From assembly GCF_018977255.1 (NCBI RefSeq), contig NW_024704743.1:83206001-83270000 (forward strand): a DNA stretch of 64,000 nucleotides. Reading direction: 5' to 3'. The DNA comes from Callorhinchus milii. Lineage: Eukaryota. The position numbers and the translations under genes are program-made. Shown in pieces: positions 22,142-32,377 of this stretch (position 1 is the first letter of the stretch; every line of letters starts with the position of its first letter). The notes under the pieces are model-generated. The model saw only the letters and a list, made by a program, of their open reading frames with translations, was not told where the DNA came from and made no database searches.

Positions 22142-25100
22142 CGTACGTTCCTGAGGAAGAGCTGCAGGCAGCGGAGCTAAATGAAGAAGATTTGCAGGAC
22201 GATGAACTGCCCGGAGATATCCCGGATGGTGAGTTTATGTGCCCGAGGAAGAAGAGAACAAAGAAGTGCACAGTTACCAGAACTCTCCCGCCAGCACGCC
22301 AAACCACCTAGATCCTGGCTATGGGTCACCAGCCAGCGACACCAGTGACCAGCTGGCTGACTTCCGAAGTACCTCCTCCAAGGATGGCCAAGAGAAGGAC
22401 GACAGTCTCACAGCCTCCGATAGTTTAACTCAGATGAAAGCGGCCTATTCCAATCTTTTGTCAGGCTCATGTTGGTCAAACCTTTGCCTTGACCTGAAAA
22501 ACGCGAATCAAGCCAGTACCAGTACAAGCAGCAACGGGAGCAGCCACAACGGGAGCAGCCAAAACAGCAATGGCGGAGCAGGTTATGACTGGCACCAGGC
22601 TGCATTAGCCAAAACTTTACAGCAAACCTCTTATGGATTACTGCCAGAGCCCAGCCTTTTCAGCACGGTGCAGCTTTATAGGCAAAGTAGTAAGCTCTTT
22701 GGGTCTGTGTTCACTGGAGCCAGCAAGTTCCGCTGCAAGGATTGTAGCGCTGCCTACGACACTCTTGTGGATCTGACCGTACACATGAACGAGACCGGTC
22801 ACTATCGGGACGATAACCAGGACAAAGACTCAAACAACCCCAGGAAATGGTCAAAGCCCCGGAAGCGCTCCCTCATGGAAATGGAGGGAAAGGAGGATGC
22901 GCAAAAGGTATTGAAATGCATGTACTGCGGTCACTCATTCGAGTCATTGCAAGATCTGAGTGTTCACATGATAAAGACTAAGCATTACCAGAAAGTGCCT
23001 CTAAAAGAACCGGTGCCAGCCATTACGTCAAAACTTATCCCTCCCACCAAAAAGAGAGTCCAGGACGCTCAGCCTTGCTCGCCAGAGTCTGGTCTCAATG
23101 CACCAGGGATCACAATTACCGAGTCGGGTGCCGGTCAGAAATCTGGCAACCCGTACGTGACTCCAAACAACCGTTACGGTTATCAGAATGGCGCCAGCTA
23201 CACGTGGCAGTTCGAGGCTCGCAAAGCCCAAATCCTGAAGTGTATGGAGTGCGGCAGCTCGCACGACACCCTACAGCAGCTGACCACTCACATGATGGTG
23301 ACCGGACACTTTCTGAAAGTCACCAACTCAGCCTCAAAGAAAGGCAAGCTGCTGGTGTTCGACCCGGTGATCGAGGAGAAGATCCAGTCCATACCTTTGC
23401 CGCCAAGCACTCCAACAAGGGTCCTGCCACCCATTCTTCAAGCCAAGCCTGAGCCTCCAGCTCTCATGGTTGTTGAGACGAAGAAAGAGCGTGAGCAAGA
23501 GCCAGTCGAGGAGACCAGTGAAAGCAAAAAAGAGATCAAAGAAGAAAAAGACGACTCGGTGGAAAAGTTTGAGCCGACATCACATTATCAGTACCTGCGG
23601 GAAGAGGATCTGGATGAAAGTCCCAAAGGTGGAATAGATATACTGAAATCCCTGGAGAACACAGTTACCACGGCCATCAATAAGGCCCAGAATGGTGCCC
23701 CTGCCTGGGGAGGCTACTCTAGCATTCACGCAGCGTATCAGCTGTCTGGGGTAGTCAGACCCTTTCAAACAAACCCCCACAATATTCAGGTGACCCCATT
23801 CTACGCTAATAGTATGAAGCTACTGCCTTCTGAGCTCCAGTCAGTAGTGGAGACTTCAGACAGCCATTCTCCACCACCTCAGAAAAACAACGTTCATGCC
23901 ATGGAGGAGCTGGTTGAGAAGGTGACGGGGAAAATGGCCATTAAGCCAGAGGAAAAACCTGCAGAGAAGGAGACACTGGCCACAGTCTCAAATAAAACAA
24001 CCTGTGACTCATTATCTGTGAGTGTTAGGGAGCTCAAGGACTCCCCCAAAGCTGATGACCATGACAAGTCAAGACCATTGAAGAAAGCACCTGATGGGGA
24101 GGAAGTGAAAGTGAAGAAGGAAGCTATTTCTGAAGACCCTTCTCTGAATGGAACCGAATGTTTAAAGTCAACAATTAGCAATGGCTGTAACAGTATGGCA
24201 ATTATTACAGACCATTCACCCGAGTCACCATTTGTCAATCCACTTAGTGCACTACAGTCAATTATGAACACACATTTGGGCAAGGCTGCCAAGCCACTGA
24301 GCCCCAGCCTAGATCCATTGGCTATGTTGTACAAAATAAGCAACAGTGTGTTAGACAAGCCCATCTTTCCTGCCACTCAGGTCAAACAAGCAGATATTGT
24401 AGATCGATACTACTATGAAAATAATGATCAGCCAATAGACTTAACAAAATCAAAAAGTAACAAAAAGCTTATTTCAGCCATGACTGAAACCATATTATCT
24501 TCGTCACGTGAAAATGCTTTGTTGGACATATCTGACATGGTGAAGAACTTGACTGGGCGTTTGACGCCAAAGTCATCAACCCCATCAACTGTGTCAGAAA
24601 AGTCCGAAGCAGATGTTAGCAGCTTTGAGGATGCCTTAGAAGATGTATCTCCAATACAGAAGAGAAAGGGCAGGCAATCCAACTGGAACCCTCAGCATCT
24701 TCTAATACTCCAGGCTCAGTTTGCAGCTAGCTTACGGGAATCTTCTGAAGGCAAATATATTATGTCAGACTAAGCCTACACGAGCGGGTGCATATTTCAA
24801 AGTTTACTGGTCTTTCCATGACCACAATAAGTCACTGGTTGGCCAATGTAAAGTATCAGTTGAGAAGGACAGGTGGAACTAAATTCCTTAAGAACTTAGA
24901 TACAGGTCACCCCGTTTTCTTCTGTAATGATTGTGCCTCTCAGTTTAGGACTCCTTGCTCCTATGTAAGCCATTTGGAATCTCACTTAGGTTTTTCCTTG
25001 AAGGACCTCTCAAAACTGTCAGTAGATCAGATTCGAGAACAACAGGCAATGTCGAAGATCATACCAAATAAGTCACTGAGTTCACTTGGGATGTCAGAGG

Positions 25101-25243
25101 AGGATGCAAGCTCCACATTCCAGTGTAAAATGTGCAACCGAACTTTTGGGAGCAAACATGCAGTCAAACTGCACCTTAGCAAAACACATGGCAAGTCTCC
25201 AGAAGACCATCTGCTGTATGTAACTGAATTTGAAAAACAATAG
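22142..25243 (+). CDS. TSHZ1: Teashirt homolog (TSHZ1-like) zinc-finger homeobox protein, large coding exon; two 1 bp deletions as assembled (about 22243 and 24771); exon 1 outside the window; paralog identity uncertain
   Basis: AYVPEEEL start; YDWHQAALAKTLQQ; three widely spaced C2H2 fingers (CKDC..HMNETGH, CMYC..HMIKTKH, CMEC..HMMVTGH); CtBP motif PIDLT (24432-24446); atypical homeodomain RKGRQSNWNPQHLLILQAQF...ISHWLANVKYQLRR; two C-terminal fingers; ends HGKSPEDHLLYVTEFEKQ*. Joins 22142-22244 with ORFs 22239-24773 and 24788-25243. Confidence 0.93.
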
Positions 25244-25256
25244 CATCCAGGTAAGC
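25244..25256 (+). other. Candidate 5' splice donor 7 nt after the stop codon (CAG|GTAAGC)
   Basis: TAG CATCCAG|GTAAGC: near-perfect U2 donor consensus at 25250/25251. Confidence 0.6.
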
Positions 25257-25494
25257 AGATGTGTAACTGATCACATACTGATATATACTGTAAAATAATT
25301 CATTTAATAGACTCAATGGGGCATAACAGAAGACTCTAGGATGATTTTTCCTTAACTGAACATTTCCTGATATGCTGTGCACTTGTTTTACTTTTCTGTT
25401 CTCTTCATAACAATAAACCTCCAGAGAATCAAAAGTACTACTAAATGTATTTATTGCTATAAGCCCACTGCCTCATGTCCATCTGTGCCACGTG

Positions 25495-25748
25495 GACCTG
25501 GAATCCCAGGTTCAAATTCCATCTGTGTGTTGAGGTGGCTGGTCTCTGCCAGGGCAATAGTAAGGATGCTGCACTTGGTTTATGGAGGTGGGGAAAAATC
25601 AGCCAAGGTTCTTGCTCATTACTTGAATCCAATGATCCATTCATTGATCCCTGCATGTGTATGGAGATCGGATAAAGACAGGATTGAGCAGGGCCTCAAT
25701 GCCTCCCTGGTTGAATATTCTGCCCATATTCAGCATGTAGGCTGATAC
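25495..25748 (+). mobile_element. Ancient SINE remnant (AmnSINE2-like by recollection)
   Basis: cccaggttcaaattcc B-box, then ggggaaaaatcagccaaggttcttgctc...gacaggattgagc...ggttgaatattctgccc; weaker related copies near 20945-21060 and 59615-59670. Confidence 0.55.
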
Positions 25749-28700
25749 CTTAAGTTGCTCTTCAATGCCTCATCACTTTGGTGAAGTTTTGGGGAGCAGA
25801 TGGTTCCATAATGCTGTACAGAAACTGCTTTCAGGAGAGGAAAGAAAGAGAGAATATTATAGGAGGAATTTGTTTTGCTTATCGTCTTTTCCTGTAATAA
25901 CAAATTATACGATGTCAGGCAACAAAGACATAGCCACATGTTATGAAACAGAACTTTATTTGTTTTGTTTCAGGTGAAGACATATTTAAGATGGGTTATA
26001 TGTTTGGGAGAGAAAACAAAATGCACATTCACATAAAAAACAATGTAGTTGGTGCACTTAAATTTATATTCTCCTAAACTTTGAACTGGAAGGAATTGCT
26101 GTCAGGATTATTCCATTATAACAACTGCAATTCAGTTAGGAAGCAAGAAATCACTTAAGCTAAACCTGTATTTTACATGATGAGCTCCACATTGTAGTTT
26201 ATTTGGTGAACGGTAAATGTTTTTGGAGAATATCTTAAGTACTGTAGTAGAACTCAGTGTGTGTAAGTGCGACTGTAAAGCAGGTTGCATGCATTCTACT
26301 GTTTCAGATTAACTGAAAGTCTCTTGGGTATTTTATTTTAAATGTCGTAAAGCCCAAAAGAAATGAATTTCTTTGAATTTTCTATTGTTCAGTGTTGAAA
26401 ATTAAAATGTGTGGAATCTTGGAATAGTTCTTAAATCAATCTCCCCTCTAAATAAATCACTGGAAATGATTGGTTTCATTCTTTGGCAATGGAGGGTTTA
26501 TTTTACCCGATCGTGAAAAAAAATTCTTTAACCTTACGTCTGTATAATAGGGTTTCCCAACATTAAGGTGCAATGAAAAGATGGCTAATTTTAGCGATTA
26601 GTAAATGATTATCCCTATTGAGTAAAAATGCTGCTGAAGTTCTCCAAAAATTAGCTTTTTTTATAATGCATAAATTATGTCAATGTAGAATTTTAAAGGT
26701 AGATTATGATGGGTTTAATTGTGATAATCATGCGTAAACACATGTGTACATGGGGAATGAAATATGCCCTTAAGTATGTAATTAACAACTGATGAAAAGG
26801 ATTATAGAATCATCTGTAACCTTTCTCATTGGTTAATTGCATGGTTTAAGAGCACCTGGGAGTTCACCTGTACACACAGTTTACACATGGTTTGCACATC
26901 ATTTACACAGTTTGCAAATTGGACCTTGGTGTCACTTTTACCCAGATAAATTAAGCAAAAGAAAACATTTTGATTTCAGGTACAATTTTGGCTTATACAG
27001 CTGTCAAATAACAAATGCTTATCCTGGTTCAAAGGAAATATAATCGTGTCGGTGGAGTGTGTTAACTGTAGTTCTGTTTGTGATGTTGTATCACTTTATT
27101 TGCAGCTGTAGCACAAGTGTGCAAAGCGATTCAAAAGTTGAACAGGTGAAGGCCAGTCTAATTTATAGTATTTAAAAAAATACGCACAGACTAATTACAC
27201 AATTCACTTTAGGCTTCAACTGTGAAGTCAATTTAGCTGCATTGTTTCAGATCTTTAAGCTCAAACGTTATGACTCCCACTTTGTGACAGTAAAACCAAG
27301 TGGTCGGTCTGAAGATGAGTCCAAGGCTTGACGAGGTTTTCGGCAATATAATGTCATTCTTGCACAGTCTGTGTTAAAGCCATGCTCTCTCTGCGGTTCT
27401 CTGACCGTGATTGACACTTGGTGTCGACCATGGTTTTTTTTTGCCTGTCAGTTTAAGACCACCTCAAAGAATCACAGCACTGATTACTAGTTAATTGTCA
27501 TTAATAACTGACAACTGACATTATTGGAGTCTAATGTGCAAAGAGCAGAGTGAAGCAGGAATATTCTAATGAACTGACTCCTACTTGCCCTCCATTGTTG
27601 TTGAAAATGAGGAGCTGTCGCCATTGTTCAAAAGATAGCTTCAAACACTGCGTAAAATATTCTGTTATAATTTCTTTATGCATTGATAATTCAGGCTGTG
27701 AAACACAGGCTCCTCAGTAAGTATATTAAAATCATAAATTATGTATGCCCAGCCAGAGCTTGGGAAGTTTATTGTGCTGTCAACTAGTGTTTGTCCGTCT
27801 GGGACAGAGCAATGAAGAAACCATAAAATGATTTAAATGCTTATGGGAAACATCTTAGATGCAGGGAGCTGCACAAATACTGTCAATGGATCCCTTTTTG
27901 AAAAATAATAAACATGAACGGGAAGAATTTCTAATAAATATTGAAAATGTGGTAAAGAGCTTTTGTTTTTGAATGGACGACTCTACCGGCTTGCTTTTCT
28001 GTAGATGTTGATTTTGTTTCCTTCCTTCTAGGGTTGACTGATTGAATTTCACCTGAACTAAATTATACTTCTGCATTCTGGTAATTGCAGAGGGCCACAT
28101 AGAGAAACAAAGCTATGACTGTTGTTGTCCTGGGACTCTGCAGTGGCATAATTTCAAATTGATATGAAAAAAAGGGCTTTCAATGCATTTATAATCTCAG
28201 GATATATAATACACTGTGGGTTCATTCTGAAGGCCAAAGGTGATCCAGGGCTTTGTTTCCGTAACTTGTACAATGGATATCTGCAGACGTATTTCACGCG
28301 TTCAGTGCTACATGGATTAGGCATTAAGTTTTCATATTAAGGTTTACAAATTGCAGGGGAATTTTCCATTTTGCACTGTGCTACATGAAACGCTGCCCTG
28401 TTTAGCAAACCAGCAATGCCCATTGTTAGCGAGCAGCATTACTCTTGAATTGGAGAAGGTGGGGGGATTGCAGGAGAAGAGGAGTTATGCCCATGAATAA
28501 TGTAAAATTGTTTTCTGTTGTTTGTGCCCGGTAAGTGAACGCAGAAATATTGTGATGTAGGTGAAGATCTAATCGTGTGCTTTGATTCTGAAACTCACAA
28601 GGTTTGAATTATAAATGTGAACCAAGGATACACAGTGAGTGAGGTGCTGCAGGCGATTTGGTTTATCCCTGCATTGAGGAGGGACAGAGTTCTAAAAGTC

Positions 28701-29444
28701 CTTAGGAGTGTAATAACATGGACCTTATGCCATTTCCTATTGTGCCTTCTGTTTCTTCAACGTGTGTAAAATTATTTAGCACAAAAGCACATTTTGTGTA
28801 TTTTATAGATTTAATGAAGATTATTACACAGAGGGTCCTTTTAATATTCTCCATTATTCATTTGTAGCTGCCTCTTACCAAGCTCCAGAGGGCATTGGCT
28901 GCCATCTTGAACATGTTGTGAGCGAGGACTAAGTGTTACATTCTTTGCCCCAGACACTACACAATTCATTAGAGTAAGTATTAGAGACTTACTGTAAATG
29001 TTAGTCTGTGACTCAATATAAGCACAGAAAAATATGTCAAATTGTACAGAATGGGAAGAGAAGTTGCTCTTTCCTCAATTTGTTATCGGAGCCCAGAGGT
29101 GCGGTGCAACAAATGTTTTAAAATGCTAAACAAGATAGAGCATATTTACAGCAGCAGTATTCCCTCTGGCCTCCTGCGCTGGGGGTGGAAGTGGAAGGTG
29201 GAAGTAGCTTCCAGACACAATGGGGATTAATTTACGCCAAAGGCTAGAAATAGGTAATCTTTTCATTGTGATCAGCAATAATAATATAATAATATTAATA
29301 TAGTCCAGTTCAGTGGATTGACTTCAAGATTCTCGACCTGACATTCACATCAATACCCTCCTCTCCTCCCACTGTGCTCTATTTCTTCGTTTTACAGTCT
29401 CTGAGTCTCACCCACAGCCATTGTGCCCACCTAATTTTAATTAG

Positions 29445-29672
29445 GGATTGATGTTCAGGACACGGGAGCAACTCTTCTTCACCTAAACAGGCAGATGGCA
29501 CCTCGGTTTAACATTTTTTTCCAAGAACTGCACCTCCGACAATGCAGGACACCCACAGCAGTGCACTGGAGTGTCATCCTAGACAAGATGCGTTCAAAAT
29601 CCTGATGTGAGACATAAATCAACAACCTTCTGATTCAGAGGCGAGAGTGCTACCAACTGAGCCAGGCTGACA
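29445..29672 (-). mobile_element. Deu-domain SINE (SacSINE1/AmnSINE1-like), 5' half
   Basis: aaccttctgattcagaggcgagagtgctaccaactgagccaggctgaca head; caggcagatggcacctcggtttaac..gcacctccgacaatgcag central domain. Confidence 0.8.
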
Positions 29673-32377
29673 TATTGGCATGGTGAAATATTTAGCAATC
29701 GGTATGTTAGACTCCCAACTTCAGAATATATATCATACAAGCGGTAGCAGACTTCTATGTTTATTTGTATGCCTATGTTAGTTTGATAGCAGTGATGTGC
29801 TGTATAGAAGTACCAGCACAGACGAGGTGTCATCAGTTTCAACATTAAGGAATATATGGGGAGACTCTGATGATGAACAGTGCTGGTTGGGTTCATAATC
29901 CTGAATGTACTATTAATAAACACCCATTGTTCAAATGCACATAGTTCTTAATGTTCCACTAAAACTTTCACTTAAAATTAGAACTGTTTTTCAAAATGGG
30001 ACTGCAGCAGCGGCAAAGCAAATAAATCATTAGTGGGACAGTATCATCAGCCGTCGCTGTCAGTGGGTGGTAAAATGTTATTGTTCATGTTTAGATGAGG
30101 AAGACCTAGTTTGGGCTGCAATTAAAAGAGAATTGATTTTTTGCCACATAAAGTATGAGAGACATAAAATTTTATGTCACTGTCATCTATTTATTGGACA
30201 CATAATGGCACCACCAAGATCTTGCAGACTGAATACAAGTAGTCTATCTAGCAGATCTGCTATTTTAAGCCTGCTGAATTCAACAGTCTAAGGGAGCAGT
30301 GCTTCCAGATTCTTAAACCTACTGTGGTGTGTGTTTCACACGCAGCATCAGTGGAGAGTGGAATTGTTTACAAGTGCTATAAACGTCACTGTTATTTCTA
30401 TTGTATTTTCCACCCCCTCCCTAACACACACATAGAGTGGGAGCGATGCGATCCTACCAGGGAAAGCTGAGGTGAGGTGGAATGGGTTGAAATGCAGCAA
30501 AGAGACAGTGACATGAACAATGTATCTAGGGTGTCCTGTGCATGTAAACGCAATAATCGAATGGCACAGCCTCTCGCTTGTGATTCACCAGTGCTGTGTT
30601 TCATTTGTCATCTTTGCTGTGGCAAACACCCTTCTGACAATGACTCCTAACAGCAGCTTTAGCAGTGAATCAGGCCTCAACCCATATTGTTTCACTCAGG
30701 CAGGTGAGTGTGGCTTCTCAGCTACTCAGAGAGGTAAGAGGAGTGTGGGTAGACAGGACGGCCTGTAATGTGAATAGACAGGTCAGTAGAATGAAACAAA
30801 AGCAGCCTGTCCAACAGCATTCAATGGAACACCAAAGTCAGTATCTTATTCCCCGATCTAGTGAACTCCAGTTTACATGAGTTATCGAACTAGAGTTTCT
30901 TATCTCCCATTATTGTGTGTTGTCTGTGCTTTAGTACAATCAGACTCCATGGCTATGAGCCATCATTACTGGAGAACGTTGGTCGAGTTGGCACCTGGCT
31001 TGAACTCCTTAGAATACAGCTGATTCATTAATACTTTAATCTTTGGTTAAAGACTGGCCAGGGGGATCCTTTTTTTGGTGTGTTGCTACATGTCATCAAA
31101 CCTAGTAAGTAAACTGTTAATCAGAATCAATAGATGCGCGGGTCTTACACCCTCTGAACCGTTTTGTCTGGCTGAGTTTTTAATTATTGAGATATCGGAC
31201 GGGAGCCCAGAACTAGCGGTGCTGATACACAATGAGCTGCCGGTTGCAGGGCTGCCCGACACACTATACTGCCTGCTGCACTTGTGTTGAGTTTCACACG
31301 GCTCTTGGCTGGGTTGCTTGATGGATGTTCCCTCTCTGGTGTGGAAAGGGATGACTTTTCCGTAATGCCCATCTCCTGACAGCGCTGGAGTGGTGCTGCT
31401 GTTGGAGATGTCTACAGCTGGGACGGAGGGAGTACATTCCCACCAGCCGAGAGGTAAGAGGACCTCGTGGGGGAAACAGTTTGTTGTCCATTTTCCATGT
31501 GGTTAAATGCACGGTCTTGGCGTTTTGATAATGTGAACATAGAGTGGGCATGGCATCATCTCCAACTATAATAGAAGACAGTCGTTCAGTGCTCAGTTAA
31601 GAAACTGGGCAAAATAGACAAATTGTTTGTTACACCAACAGTATTCTAAATTTATTTCAAAGTCATTGTATATAAAAGACTACATGGAAAGACTGTCAGC
31701 AGCAGTCTTTCCACACAGATGCTGGCAGTTTCAAGAAAAATTATTTTGCCAAGTCAGCAAAATCCTCGGAGCAGTTTGCAGTTGTTGGGTAACTCATCCG
31801 TCTGAAGGTTTGGTATGTGCAAATTAATTAAATGACAACAGCAGACCTTCAGTTAATGGTTGACTTCTTATCAGCGTTTCTGAAGCATCCTTTACTAATG
31901 CAACAATTCCAGAGATGTTTTACAGGATAGACTGTCATTGTTCCATGCTGCTTATTGTCCCACTTTTTAAGCCAAATTACAATGAGGAAAGTTTTGTTTT
32001 TCTCTACCACTCACACACCTTTACTCAGGTTTCAATGTTAGCCCAGTGCTGCGTTATTTACGAGCCAAAACTATTTAATAGCTGGAGCTATCTAAATTTA
32101 TCATCTGGATTTCTATAACAAATCAGTCAGCAATTGTACACTGATTTATATTTCAAAAGGATGGCGAGTGCAATGTGATACTAGAAATGTAGAGTTACCA
32201 GTGTTTGTCTTTCAGTCTTCTAAGAAAACAGAGAAATTGTACAGAGCATTTTGTGCCTAGTGCAACCTGAACTCAGCCAAATGTGAGGTAATGAAGCTTC
32301 AAACAGTACACAATCATTTCAGGAGAATATAGATTTTTCCAGCTAATTTTATTATTTCTTAACTGATTAATAAGATA

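Noticed and set aside
22239..22241. GTG start of the 844 aa ORF as the true start codon
   Set aside because: TSHZ homology continues upstream in another frame to the acceptor at 22141; the real start is in an upstream exon outside the window.
22229..22311. Cryptic 83 nt intron (ATG|GTGAGT ... cacctAG) that would bypass the first frameshift in frame
   Set aside because: The donor is consensus-like but the acceptor has no polypyrimidine tract, the intron would delete the conserved SYQNSP motif, and GTGAGT is explained by codons for G-E-F. Only RNA-seq junctions could revive it.
23894..24682. Antisense ORFs (160 aa, 84 aa) over the TSHZ exon
   Set aside because: Shadow ORFs expected opposite a long coding exon; no recognisable product.
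22237..24790. Programmed ribosomal frameshifting or RNA editing to repair the two frame breaks
   Set aside because: No X XXY YYZ slippery heptamer or evident stimulatory structure at either site, no precedent known to me in TSHZ genes, and both breaks look like homopolymer/doublet shortening.
24788..25243. 151 aa ORF as a separate zinc-finger gene
   Set aside because: It is the direct continuation of the TSHZ homeodomain across a 1 bp deletion.
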